In this document: piece by piece, positions 1 to 12,970 of the stretch
Position numbering within the stretch: the stretch's first letter is position 1
Layout: each line of letters begins with the position of its first letter
Assembly: GCF_006345805.1 (NCBI RefSeq)
Contig: NC_043007.1
Location: forward strand, 59,396,001-59,460,000
DNA length: 64,000 nt
Direction of reading: 5' to 3'
From: Octopus sinensis
Lineage: Eukaryota
The notes under the pieces: generated by a model
The model's database searches: none
The model's input: only the letters and a program-made list of their open reading frames with translations
Told to the model about the DNA's origin: nothing
Program-made: the position numbers and the translations under genes

Positions 1-1539
1 TGTCTACTCTGGGTTGGAATTTTACTTACAAAGTAGGGACAACAACTACGGACACGATATGCTTTCAATTGAAATAGTTACACTTTCAGTTTTATATTAA
101 AAATAACAAGAACAGTAAAAGATGAATATTTTCTATTTCTACCTTTCCGCTTGTTACAGTCAGCCATTTCTAATATCAGCAAGAGTTATGTCCCTTACAT
201 CAAGTACTACCAAAATCTGATTATTTCTGTTACATTAGTGTCACACGTAATGTTACATAGCAAACCTGTAGAAGGGGAGAGGGATAGAAAGGACAACCAT
301 ATCAGCTTTTAGATATGTACAAAATTATTCAATTTATAAACTAAAAAAATGTTACTATAAAATAAATGAGGACATGGAAGATGTAAAAAAAAATTGTGAC
401 TCCTGTTGTTACACTTACATCAAACATAGTATTACTTAGCAAATATAGAAGGAAGAGGAAAGAAACAACAGCCACATAGGTTTTAAAATATTTATAAAAT
501 TATTTAATCTGTATTTGAAATTAAATGCCTCGATGAAATAAAAAAATATGAACGGTGAAAATTTTAATTAATTTATGTAACAAACTAATTGTTTCTTTTA
601 ATCTTTCTTCTGATGTCTTTTTTTCCTATATGGTTTGTTAAAAAAAGAAACAAAGTATATCCGATGTTTAAGAGAAAATTCCGAGAATCCCACCATTCCG
701 ATTAAACGACTCGTTAGGTATCTATACATTTCGTTTGAGTTTTGAATGTCATTTCACATTAAAGACGAAGTTATCGATGACAATAAATTCATTGTTGATA
801 AAATATTGGCAATATTGTTGTCTCTTAACTAATACTTTTTAATTTTATGTGATCGTCTGTACAGAAATAAGTAAAATACCAGGCAAATCTCCTATAGCGT
901 TGTTATATGTTTTACAATGGAGATTAAAAGAGTGGGCGAACTAGGACAATGTTTTTTTTTACCTGTCTATAATGAGGTTGGCTGTCAGTTTCACAATTAC
1001 AAACACACACACATATGTACGTATGTATACCTGTATGCATGTATGTACGTGTTTATGTATGTATTTATATAAAAAATATATATGTATATACATATGTGTG
1101 TGTGTATGCGCGCGCACACACACATGTGTGCACGTAGGTGTGTACTTATATATGTAAGTATGTATGTATATACATATGATGGAATGATAGGCTCTTTATT
1201 TCCTCAGTTAAATTATAAAATATCCAAACTTAATTACGGAATATAGCGGCGGAGTCACATTACATAAACGAGCAGTCACTATTCTAAGGCAGCCAATCTC
1301 AAACTAACGAACAGCACCCCACTCTCGCCGCAAATATTGGTGAACATTGTTTTATTCCTCCACTCTCTCTTTATTAATGAGAAAACATAAAAATTACAGT
1401 TTGAGGGTCTTTGATTCGGTATGGTTTAGAAAAGTTCAAAAGTTAAAAGTTTGAAACTTGAATTTTTATTAAACCTGGCAGTATGTTTTCTCCCCTTTTA
1501 ATCCTTAAAGGTCTCCTTCATCGCAAGAAACACACTGCT

Positions 1540-2520
1540 AATGTATTAAATGGTTCAAGTTATTCTCTGCGATTTGAATTCGCAGTCCAATGGAGATGCC
1601 AATGACTGTCAAGATGAGATTGCTACTGATACAATCGGTGATTGACGGATGGTTCCAAGTGGAAGGCACGATGATTAGGGGCTTTATATTTGTAATGTAC
1701 CATTGCGAACTTTTCCATTGATGTTATCCTTATTTGCCTACTCAGTTACTTACCTTCACATTGTCACTCTAAGATCTTGTCAGTTACAGTTGTTATTTAT
1801 GAATCTTAGTTTGACAACAAATCGGATCTATTGAGGAAGGAGAATAAAACCAAAACATGTTCGGCTTTGTCACCACATCAGCCAAGGTCGGACTCATTTC
1901 TCACCTTGCATAACTCAGTTTCAGTTTTTGATGAATTGGCATTTCGAGAGTTCTCTCCCTCGTCTCTTTAGAGTGGAACTTCCATTAACACTAGTACCTT
2001 TCCTTCTTATTGTTATAATCTCAACTGATTTAAAAAGTTATTGTCAGCTCATCATTTTATGTACGACAGTCTATACTTGACTGCATTTCTAATATAGTTG
2101 ACGAAACTGGAGCATAATCGTTAAGTTCTTAACGAACTGAACTATGATACTTATCCAGTTCTTAACTGTAATGGTTCCATACACTCTGCTAAAGTCCATA
2201 GGAAACAGTTCCTTGATACCAGCAACTTACGCACGCTGGTTTGAGAACTTATGTCATAACAAGATTGAGTGCACCAAGTGCGGTGAAACGATACAGGCAC
2301 GTTTTGAGTCAAAGAATTTCTCTTCATACATATATCTCATTGGTCTAAAAACACCTGGATAAGTTCCATAATCAGCATCTCCTAGTTACGACCAAAGCCT
2401 CAAACCGAAAAGTCATAAACACGCTGATCATATAAACAACTCCAACCAATCGTTAATAGCCGTCTGGAATTGGACGAAACCTACTGGGTAATTTGATCAC
2501 TCCATCAGCCACTGTATAAC
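1540..2520 (-). mobile_element. Degenerate Penelope-like retroelement remnant (RT C-terminal part + GIY-YIG)
   Basis: Manual minus-strand translation across stops and frameshifts gives WNHYS*ELDK...ELNDYAP (resembles PLE RT W.HG..EL..F...LN..HP), then QCEGK..GQ and TDCISSNLILTVIGISIG..QIAENNL (resembles the GIY-YIG C-terminus). Confidence 0.45.
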
Positions 2521-2842
2521 AGAATTCAGCGGACTATATTTTATCTCGCACACACACACACGACAACAGATACCTGATCAAAGACAGTCCCTGGAATATA
2601 ATCTTTTGCCCCAATTTTCGCTGTTATTATAGAAACTCTTAAGAGCAAACACAGCAAAGAGACTTGATAACCCCTGTTTTGATAAGGAGTATTATACTTG
2701 AAATATCAGGATTTTAAATATACTTTATTTTTGATCTTAAATGTAGTTAATTTTCTACCAACTGCGTTACTGCGGTACTCTAAATTCTTCATATATTCCT
2801 TAACAAAGTTCAAGCAAATTGCAATACTCATTTACATATATA

Positions 2843-2874
<32 letters not shown>

Positions 2875-2919
2875 TGTGCGCACGCACACACACACATCCA
2901 TCCATACATACATGCATAC

Positions 2920-3060
2920 ATACAAGTTATCCATAAATTAGCTTTACAATTTAAAAAAAATCAGGAATAAATGAAAAATAAAGATAACTCTCAACTGTAA
3001 TACTTTAATAGATACAATAAACTATGGAAGTCGTAAAGATAATTAATGAACACCCTGTAT
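2920..3060. mobile_element. Small Tc1/mariner-type MITE remnant
   Basis: Right end gaacaccctg-TA is a typical Tc1 TIR (CAGGGTGTTC); left end tacaagttatcc is a degenerate match; sits in a (TACA)n context. Confidence 0.35.
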
Positions 3061-3544
3061 GTATGTATGTATGTATGTATGTATGTATGTATGTATGTAT
3101 GTATGTATGTATGTATGTTCTCTTCTGTTTTTAATTATTTGAATTCTTCAGCCGAGGAAGGAGCTGGTTTCTAATAAAAATACAAACCCCCATCGTTGAA
3201 ATGTAGATAATGAAAACAATATCACATTTGAAACCTGAGAAAAGTATGACACAAGCGAATCTGCATTTTTCCACATTGTCAAACAAGTTCTCGGCCTATT
3301 TTCTTAGCCTTTTTTGAACTAAGAGATTACTGAGAAAAAACTGACTTCTTAGGTCTTTTTCGAGACATCCATCGATCAAATCTGATATAGTGAAGAATCC
3401 TATTGTTTCCGGTTGACCTAATTAAACTTCAAAAGCTATAAATACACAAGCTAAATAGTTTTCTGACTCTTTGGATTGACCGGTCTCATGGTCAGAGTAA
3501 CATTTCTCTGAATGTTGATCAACGCGTAAAGGTGGATCTCTTAC

Positions 3545-3965
3545 TGTTTTTTATTTCTTTATTGCTCACAAGGGGCTAAACATAGAGGGGACAAACAAGG
3601 ACAAAGGGATCAAGTCGATTGCATCGACCCCAGTGCGTAACTGGTACTTAATTTATCGATCTCGAAAGGATGAAAGGCAAAGTCGACCTCAGCGGAATTT
3701 GAACTGAGAACGTAACGGCAGACGAAATAGCTATTTCTTTACTACCCACAAGGGGCTAAACACAGAGAGGACAAACAAGGACAGACAAACGGATTAAGTC
3801 GATTACATCGACCCCAGTGCGTAGCTGGTATTTAATTTATCGACCCCGAAAGGATGAAAGGCAAAGTCGACCTCGGCGGAATTTGAACTCAGAAAGTAAC
3901 GGCAAACGAAATGCCGGAAAGCATTTCGCCCGATGTGCTAACGTTTCTGCCAGCTCGCCGCCTTC
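3545..3965 (-). mobile_element. Dimeric tRNA-like SINE (family A)
   Basis: Reverse complement of ggcgagctggcagaa..cgttagca..gttcaaattcc..gtcgactttgcctttcatcctttcggggtcgataa..actggggtcgatgtaatcgact; two units head-to-tail. Confidence 0.85.
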
Positions 3966-5219
3966 CTCTTACTGTTTCTATCTATCTATATTCGTTTTAT
4001 TCGGTCTTTCTGCAGCAGTCACAGCGATGAAACTACCTACTATCATACAGAATGAACTGGAGATTTAGAAACAAGCTGTGTACATACAAACAACTCGACG
4101 AGGTTGTATATTTCTTACCCATTGTAACAACATAATAACTGATATATAATAAATGGCCATATTAATAATCAAGCAAATATTGCTCCTCAAATTACATACC
4201 ACCATTTAAAATAAAGTGGAAATACACTAACAAAATCCTTGATATACAAAAAGACGGGATGGGCGTGGCTGGAAAGCATTTGATCATAAATTTACGCGAT
4301 CAGAATTTACTAAGTGACTAAACACCAATAGCTAGTCATTCTATGATTAACACTGATTGTGAAGCATTGGAATGGCAGAAAACGTAAGCAATTGAATATC
4401 TTAACATCTGAGTTCAAATAGGGCGAGAATCAACTTTACTTTTCCTTTCGCCAGGGTTGAAATGATCAGTACTTGACATGTTTTGGGTTGGATAAGCGAA
4501 AATGTTTCCTTTCACAGATTTAGCCACTTTAGTCTTCAGTCTGCGTTTTGAGGTTTTTAGGAGATATAGATACGCAAATATAATATGAATAAGTTAATTA
4601 TAATATTTCGTTTTTGGATTTGGTTTGCAAGATTCTTTAAATTTTACCGGTGAATGTGTAACATTATAAGGCACAAAAAGAAAATGACTCTCCCCAGCCA
4701 CAACAGATAAATTATAATACTTTCCTTTTATATTTTATATACCATTAGGAAATTAGGCGTCTCTCAGCACATGTAACACTATGAATCAATGTGTTATAAG
4801 AACATGTATGGTCAAAGAGTTCGTTAGTAGAAGTTTGAGTTAAAGATGTAGAAATAGCTTAATAAAGAAAGATGTTCTTGAGTTGAGTTGGTCCTATTTT
4901 ACTCGTGTAGCGTGAAGGTAAAGTGTTACCGAGAAAGAAATAAGGCATATGAGCATACGTGACTTGGTGGAACATGGCAATTTGATGTTTCGTTCAAAAC
5001 GCGCCTTGTACAAGGACTAGACTTGTACAATTACCTTTTGTGGTTGAATTCTATATAAAGAGAGAACAAGATGTAACATCTTTTGCGTTTGCCGAGAAAA
5101 GGGAGAAACAAGCATGTATGACTTCTACATATATAACTATTGTCTAAGTATGTAATTAGAATGAAAGTGCTATAAACAACAAACTCAAAATAAATGCAGA
5201 CATTATATTGTAATTCTAA

Positions 5220-5395
5220 GGTGGTGAGCTAGCAGAATCGTTAGCGCGCCGAGCAAAATGCTTACCGACATTTCGTCCGAGTTTATGTTGAGTTCAAATG
5301 CTGCCGGGATCGACTTTGTCTTTTATCCTTTCGGGGTCGATAAAATATGTAACAGTTAAGTATTGGGGGTCGATGTAACTGACTTAGCCCTAACT
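5220..5395 (+). mobile_element. tRNA-like SINE family A
   Basis: Head ggtggtgagctagcagaatcgttagc, B-box-like gagttcaaat, same body as the other copies. Confidence 0.85.
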
Positions 5396-5869
5396 TATAT
5401 ATATATATATATATATATGTTTGTATGTATGTATGTGTGTATGTATGTATATTTGCATGTATGTACCCACACAATAGTGTGTGCATATCTGCACAATATG
5501 TGTCTATATTACCACCAAATGCATGTATATTTACTCACGAGTTGGTTATTTTGACACATTTTAGTAGTAGACGACTTTTGTCGTTGTCTAATCCGGTTTT
5601 CTCAGTCCGAACGGTTTTGCAGGTCACATGACTAATTTTCACCAATGGAGCAGACTTTCATCGTGTCGTCAAATTCTGAACTGAAAAATCGGCCCATCAT
5701 GACAGTTAACCTCTACAAATCAAATCTCAAATCTCTATTTTTGACCGATAGCAGCTACTTACGAGGGTGTAATTTGATATAAGCACCTTCTTCTAAAGAA
5801 AGCAGGTTTCGTTTCGAACAGGGAAACACAAAATCCACTTTTTCAAAAAGTGGAGAAAGCTTTTGGAAA

Positions 5870-6103
5870 GTTTTACAGAATTTTACAGTTCCAGTGATGG
5901 ACTGGATCTGTAGTCTTCGAATTAGCCTTCTCCTTTATGGTTTTGAGAAGCCTAATTTCTCAAGATTGGCATTTAGGCAGTGTGTTACATATCTCAGTTC
6001 CCTAATAATTACAGGTATAAACCTGAACTTGTAATCTGGATAGAATAACTGCAGATTTCTCAATAGTTCAGTGTAGATATTCTCTCTTTCACTGATCTTC
6101 AGC
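5870..6103 (-). mobile_element. 3' fragment of an RLE-type non-LTR retrotransposon (same family as 25981-26238)
   Basis: Reverse complement aligns by eye along its length with 25981-26225 (LKISE.EN.Y.ELLRNL...FIPVII). Confidence 0.75.
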
Positions 6104-6109
6104 ATGTAT

Positions 6110-6560
6110 GTATGTATATGGGGAGGTGCTGTTACGACTGGTTGTAATACCTGGGAGGAAAAGTTGATTCAGCACTCTGAACTTGAAAGAACTTGTCGTA
6201 AAGGAACAATTAGAACTGTAATCAACGGTGAACATAGGGTATGTATTATATGTGATCGTGCTCTGTTGTCAAAAGTAGGATACATGAACCATATGAAGTC
6301 ACATGAAAATCGAAATACCCAGATAAGTAATGATTTGGGACACCAACCACCTCTTATGACTTATGTTATATGTAAAAAAAACTTGTAAGACAATATCTGG
6401 ACTTAAAAGACATGTTAGTTCACAAAAACATTCCTTCAGAATCAGATTCCAAAGGGCAAAGATATAGAAGCAACTTACATAATATCTGTCAATTGTGTTT
6501 TAAACCCTGTCAGTCAGCAGCTGGTCTTAAAAGTCATCGAAGGACTCATCAATGGAATTA
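6110..6560 (+). mobile_element. Degenerate RTE-like LINE 3' end with three C2H2 zinc fingers
   Basis: CIICDRALLSKVGYMNHMKSH, a disrupted CVICKK finger, and ICQLCFKPCQSAAGLKSHRR; same layout as 21202-21925. Confidence 0.65.
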
Positions 6561-6629
6561 TTATACTGTGTGATGAGGTATGGTGTACGTGTTGATGGGA
6601 TGGCTATCATCTCACAAGATGAAACAATC

Positions 6630-6654
6630 ACGTATGTATGTTTGTATGTATGTT

Positions 6655-6698
<44 letters not shown>

Positions 6699-6715
6699 AA
6701 TATATATATATATAA

Positions 6716-6760
<45 letters not shown>

Positions 6761-6797
6761 AATATATATATGTATATATATATATATTATATATATG

Positions 6798-6851
<54 letters not shown>

Positions 6852-6905
6852 TGTATATATATTATATATATATGTATATATATATATATATGTATATATA
6901 TAATA

Positions 6906-6937
<32 letters not shown>

Positions 6938-6967
6938 GTATGTATATATATATATTATATATGTATG

Positions 6968-7004
<37 letters not shown>

Positions 7005-7015
7005 ATATATGTATG

Positions 7016-7075
<60 letters not shown>

Positions 7076-7076
7076 G

Positions 7077-7121
<45 letters not shown>

Positions 7122-7135
7122 TATATATATATGTA

Positions 7136-7172
<37 letters not shown>

Positions 7173-7205
7173 TATGTATATATATATATATATATGTATG
7201 TATAT

Positions 7206-7277
<72 letters not shown>

Positions 7278-7290
7278 AAATATATAATGT
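6630..7290. repeat. Compound (GTCT)n/(CT)n and long imperfect (TA)n microsatellite
   Basis: Directly visible; it generates the poly-YI ORFs. Confidence 0.95.
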
Positions 7291-7439
7291 AGTCATTGGT
7301 TATGGACACGTTGTTTACGAGGCAGAGGCGGTGTCCGTCAGTAACCGCAGCAACAACAGCGACGTGTCAGCAGCAACAGCAGTGATAGCAGCATCACTAT
7401 CATCATCAACAACAGCAGCAGCACCGACAACGCAAGGAG

Positions 7440-7660
7440 ACATAGATGGAGGGCCACTTTAAGCTAGGACTAAATAATCACCAGTCCTCCTTTAGGATCC
7501 CAGAGAAGCGCAACGTAAATCTTTGGCCAACTACATATGGTGCTTAAAAGAAGGGAGACCGACATACAGGATTAAATGGAAACTCGTGGAACAGCCTGGA
7601 CCATACCTTAACTGGATCTGACGTTTCAAACTTTGCTTGGCTGAATAAGGAACCTAAAAA
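7440..7660 (+). mobile_element. Penelope-like GIY-YIG endonuclease fragment
   Basis: EGHFKLGLNNHQSSFRIPEKRN..SLANYIWCLKE..YRIKWKLVEQ..PY......KLCLAE matches the PLE GIY-YIG C-terminal pattern (NNHKSSF..LS.YIW.LK..Y.I.W..C.LCL.EK). Confidence 0.7.
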
Positions 7661-7839
7661 CTTCACTTGATACAAAAGTGAAAAATTCAGTCGGTGTTCT
7701 GGAGACATGAACTTCCCCACTTGCTGACTACTGAACAGAAATCGTACATAAATCTGGACACAATTGGAACCGTTGAAAAGGAAATAAATCCATCTCACTT
7801 AGAAGGGGCTTTCGCATATGCCACCGCCCAGCAGGTCTC

Positions 7840-8270
7840 AATAGTCGGGAACTCCATAAAGCTACATAGCATGGGAGGGCTGCAATTGCTGTCCCTATTC
7901 AACATTGATAAACAGAAAAGATGATGTCAAAACTATCAGAAGTGGTCAATGGTCCAACGGATCACTGTCATCTTCTCTGATAAATCGGTATTAATCTTCT
8001 TTTCCACTTTGAGGTGAATTTATGTCAGAAGATAACTCAAAGAAGCCTTCAATACTGACTGTGAAACATGGGGGAAGCTCTGTGATGATTCGGGCAGCCA
8101 TATCATGGAATACTCATGACCCTTAAGTTCTTCTACAGGGCACAATTAATGGCAAGGGATATCTGAATATTTTGGCTGATCATGTCTATCCTATGGTACA
8201 AACATTATTCCCTAGTGATAATGCAATCTTTCAGGACGACAATGTGCCGATTCACACGGCTGCTGCTGCT
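7840..8270 (+). mobile_element. Tc1-family transposase pseudogene, 5' part
   Basis: RELHKA..GRAAIA.P, VIFSD(K/E)S, TVKHGG.SVM..AAISW, FQDDNVPIHTA; broken at a CTG/GTT microsatellite. Confidence 0.85.
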
Positions 8271-8306
8271 GCTGCTACTGCTGCTGTTGTTGTTGTTGTT
8301 GTTATT

Positions 8307-8337
<31 letters not shown>

Positions 8338-8347
8338 TTATTGTTGC

Positions 8348-8390
<43 letters not shown>

Positions 8391-8409
8391 ATTGTTGTTG
8401 TTATTATTA

Positions 8410-9184
8410 TTTTATGTTTGACTTTTGCTTTGCATTTGTACAAGTTGGCTCCAAGTCTCACCCAGAGACTTCAAGAGACAACAAGTTAGAAGTTCATGCT
8501 CGTGTTATGCGTAGGGTGCCATATATTTGGTGTTGTACAAAGTGTTATTCTAGAGAATGTTTAAGAAACCTTCAGAAAATTATGTGTTTGTTTTAAAATT
8601 TGAGATTACATGGACAGTATTTTGCGTAGGATATGGGCAGTTCCCATGAGCACTATCTTTTGAATTTCTGCCATTTTGGGATTTCCTGGTATCTGAGCTA
8701 TGTAGCAATCAGCCCCTTTTGTATCATTCCTAGGGAACCTATGACAACAGGTATTGTTTTAGTCTTTAGGTTCCACATTTTGCTAATTTCTATTTCAGGA
8801 TCTTTATACTTACTCAGTTTTTGGTAGGTCTTGACAGATACGTTTATATCGATTGGGACAGTCATATTAATAAGGAGGCATGATTTTTGTCTGAAGTCTT
8901 TCAATATGATGTCTGGCATATTTGCATCTATCTTTCTGTCAGTTTGAATGGTGAAGTTCCAGAGGAGTGAGATGTGATCATTTTAAAGCACTGGAGGTGG
9001 TTTGTGTTCCCACCAGTTTTTATCATGGGGCAAATCCAGGTTTTTGCACATAACCCAGTGAATATATTGTGCAGCTCTATCATGCCTGTTGAGATACTCT
9101 GTAGGCGCAAGAAGACTGCACTTGGAAACAACATGATCAATGGTTTCATTTTGTTGTTGTTGTTATCATCATCATCATCATCAA

Positions 9185-9218
<34 letters not shown>

Positions 9219-9575
9219 TTGCAAATTACCCAGTGAATATATTGTGCAGCTCTATCATGCCTGTTGAGATATTCTGTCGGCGCTAGAAGACTGCACATGG
9301 AGACAACATGATCAAGGGATTCATTTTGTTGTTGACATACACGACATGTTGGGAAGCTGCCGTTCTTCAATATGTTGGCCTGGTAGTTCCTTGTAGGTAG
9401 GTATTTGTCTTAGGCTGCTATGATAAACCCTTCTGTTTCTGATTTTAAGCCAGAAGCCATTAGCCACTGATGAGTAAGGGCTTTATCAAATAATCTATTC
9501 TGTCTCAAATAATCTATTCTGTTGATATCTGGAGAGCTTGCCTGCTACCACTATGATACGCTGTTTTAACTCTTC
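8410..9575 (-). mobile_element. R4/Dong-like non-LTR retrotransposon 3' region (CCHC knuckle + restriction-like endonuclease)
   Basis: QWLMASGLKSETEGFIIAA, CRVCQQQNESLDHVVSMC, RHD, PDIILKD..KYKD..PVVIGSLG, QKIVL.G; 3' UTR ends in (TAA)/(AAC) repeats. Confidence 0.85.
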
Positions 9576-9588
9576 TATTATTATTGTT

Positions 9589-9641
<53 letters not shown>

Positions 9642-9979
9642 TATCACCATCATTATTGAGTGAGAGAGCAGTGCATGCCATTAAAGTGACACTGGGGGAC
9701 AAGTATACGAAGCCCAATATACCCATCGTGACTACTCACATGAGAAGGGTACACCAGGCACATGCATTACAACCATGTGTGCAACATGGTGATCTCATAT
9801 CAAGGTAAACAGAGCATGACTTTGCAGGTAGTGCCCAGATAGAATTTTCTTCAGGTCATTAAGTCCATTCCACCCAAAAGATTCCCAAATAAGGTTTGTT
9901 TAAGGATTTTGAACGAAACACTTATGTCTCCAGAGATGAATTATTCAACCCCATTAAAATTCCTCTCAACACATGGCTA

Positions 9980-10822
9980 GGATCTTTACCTTTTGACCGG
10001 CAGATTTAGAAAATAATTTTTTGTAACTAAACATTTTCAAACTTCGTATACTGGTAGAATGTGTCATATAAAACATCTTTTACTCTTAGCATTTTTTGAG
10101 AAAAGTTTATGTTTACGAAGTTATTTCGTGTTAAAGTTCTCGTATTTCGGTAATTTCAACCAATAAATGATGTGTATTCAGCTGAATAAAATTACTGCTG
10201 TTGTTTGTCAACAACAACAACTCCGGCGGTATATATTTCGTTTGTCACTGTTATTTATGACATATCTCATCTCAGTTATGTTTGTATGAATAAACGAATG
10301 TACCTGAAGCACGTTTACTTCATGGCACCACCATAATCGTTCATGCATTTATATTGCATTTAGTATTTTTTCCTGTTTTTCAGCTACTATTTTCGGAAAT
10401 ACTTTTTTGCCCCCCCCTACCACTACCCCTCCAACGTCTTCATTTTTCAGTTTTTCCGTAACTTTAACCCTAAAACCCCAACCCTAACCCTAACCCTAAA
10501 ACCTTAACCTTAACCCTAACCCTAACCCTAACTCTAAAACCCTAACCCTAGCACTAAAACCCTAACCCTAACTCTAAAACCTTAATCCTAACCCTAACCC
10601 TAAAACCTTAAAGCTAAAACCAGTACAAACGCACGAACGATGTCATAAATAACAGTGACAAACGAAATATACACCGCCGTTAACTTTGTAAACAAACTTT
10701 TCTCAAAAAATGCTAAGAGTAAAAGATGTTTTATATGAGACATTCTACCAGTATACGGAGTTTGAAAGTGTTTAGTTACAAAACATTATTTTCTAAATCT
10801 GCCGGTCAAAAGGTAAAGATCC
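9980..10822. mobile_element. MITE with long GGATC TIRs, 8-bp TSD (catggcta) and an internal telomeric-like array
   Basis: ggatctttaccttttgaccggcagatttagaaaataa... is mirrored at the right end; TSD catggcta at 9972-9979 and 10823-10830; the empty site is intact in the paralogue near 13750. Confidence 0.9.
10464..10620. repeat. Interstitial degenerate (CCCTAA)n telomeric-like array
   Basis: ccctaa, cctaaaa and ccttaa units visible directly. Confidence 0.9.
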
Positions 10823-11290
10823 CATGGCTATGATGCTCCCCTGCGACTTCTGCTTGTGATCGGAGATGCACATATCGCCAGCCACTAAGGGACATGCTCA
10901 ACTGGTTAAGGTCAAGCGACTGACAAGCAAATCTGTGGTACTGGGCAGAATATTTGCTGTAGCCTATCTTTTATACTAAGATTCTTCTTCTTCTTCTTCT
11001 TCTTCTTCTTCTCTTCTTCTTCTTCTTCTTCTTCTTCTTCTTCTTCTTCTTCTTCTTCTTCTTTAAATTCTGTTTCCATTATTTCTTGCCGAGTGTCTTC
11101 CTGACATCTAGGGCAGAGAGACGTACCGTATACATTCGTAGGCCATTAAAATAAACACACCAGATTGTTCATTTACAAAGTCATGTGATAGAGAAAAAGG
11201 AGAAGACATAGAGAAAAAGCAAATAAATAAATAAATAAATGAACAAATAAAATAAAGGGGAAAATGAAAGAAAATTCACAGCGACAATGC

Positions 11291-11351
<61 letters not shown>

Positions 11352-11374
11352 AAATTGGTATGAAGAGCACAGAA

Positions 11375-11662
11375 AAGAAATATATCACTTGAATTGCATT
11401 CCGCTCCACAATCCCCAGATCTCAATACAATTAAACATTTAAGCAACATGTGGAAGGCCACTTCCCTTCACCATTGCATCAAAGAGGTAAAGGAGATGTT
11501 ATTTGAAGAGTGGCTCAAAATTTCCCTAATAACCGTTCAGAATCTGTTCAAGTCAATTCCTCGACGTATTAAAGCTATGATTGATAGCAAAGGTGGGCCA
11601 ACTTCGTATTAAATAATGAAACTTCCGTTTAAGGAGGTGCTTCTATTATTTTGTCCAGCTCT
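11375..11662 (+). mobile_element. Tc1-family transposase 3' part and degenerate right TIR
   Basis: APQSPDLNTIKHL...WLKI..TVQNLFKSIPRRIKAMIDSKGGPTSY*, then attattttgtccagc; continues the 7840-8270 piece. Confidence 0.85.
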
Positions 11663-11690
11663 TGTGTGTGTGTGTGTGTGTGTGTGTGTG

Positions 11691-11728
<38 letters not shown>

Positions 11729-12097
11729 TTTGTGTGTGTGTGTGCGTGCGTGTGTGTGTATATGTGTGTAGCTAAGTGTGTATTTGTGTGAGTGTGTGTA
11801 TATATGTGTATATATATGTGTATATAAATGCAGTGAGAAGGAGAGAGAGAAAGGGAAAGAAAGAAGAGAAAGAGGGAGGGAGGGAAGGAAAGAGGGAGAG
11901 AGAGAGAAAAGAAAATGTGTAAAAAGAAATAGCAATAAGAGACCTCCAGCCTATAGAAACGAGAAACTGCGATCAGAAGAAAAAGTTTATAACAAACGAG
12001 AAAACAAAGAAAAGAAATAAGATGTTTGAATATATAACAGAGTGCTTATCTCCATTATCTCATCTTCCCATAATTTTTTCCCTTTTCCTTTGTATCA

Positions 12098-12132
<35 letters not shown>

Positions 12133-12342
12133 ATATCAGAATTCATGAGCACACATCCATTAATTGCACCATAATGTACTTTATGAGCGCATGTATGTAT
12201 ATATGTGGATGTGTGTATGTATATATATATATATATGTATATATACTCTCACATATCTATAAATTCACATGTATATATATATCTCTGCTCAAATGTAATG
12301 CAAGGGAACATGCATTTCATTTCATCCAACATTTTTTATCAT

Positions 12343-12397
<55 letters not shown>

Positions 12398-12658
12398 TAC
12401 ATACATACATATATACATACATACATACATACATACATACATACATACATACATGCATATAACTGTGCATGAACATGAACGTGTATGAATGTATGCATCT
12501 CCCAATGTCTTGAATAAAGATAGATAATCGATGACGTTGCATGGGAAGTTGGGATCAATAAATGCAAGGAAAGAAGCGAGAAAAGAGGACAATTATCTTG
12601 TGTAATGGAGCGAGAGTGGCAACGCGCGCGCGCACACACACATACAGACAATTATATA

Positions 12659-12690
<32 letters not shown>

Positions 12691-12855
12691 CACGCACATG
12701 CATATATGCATGCATACATACATATGTGTGCATATACTAACATATATATATATCGATATATATACACACATATATATGAATATAAGCGTGTGTGTGTGCG
12801 TGTGTGTATATATATATATATACATACACACAACATATATATGATTTTGTGTATG

Positions 12856-12924
<69 letters not shown>

Positions 12925-12937
12925 TATATATAAACAC

Positions 12938-12970
<33 letters not shown>

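Larger units (their letters stand above)
9655..10985 (-). mobile_element. AAT-flanked non-coding interspersed element (interrupted by a MITE)
   Basis: Homologous to 13434-13992, 14060-14520 and 52717-52829 (attgagtgagagagcagtgcatgcc...); split at catggcta by the 9980-10822 insertion. Confidence 0.8.

Noticed and set aside
6552-7296. Long ORFs of YI/IY, VC/HT, LS, poly-L/V/T/N/I (here and at ~8.2, 12-13, 14.4, 19.1-20.5, 37.5, 40.8, 50, 59.5-63.5 kb)
   Set aside because: They are translations of (TA)n, (CA)n, (GA)n and triplet microsatellites, which lack stops in some frames; no coding signal.
10464-10620. True telomere or chromosome fusion site
   Set aside because: Short, degenerate, single orientation, and enclosed by TIRs and a TSD of a MITE.
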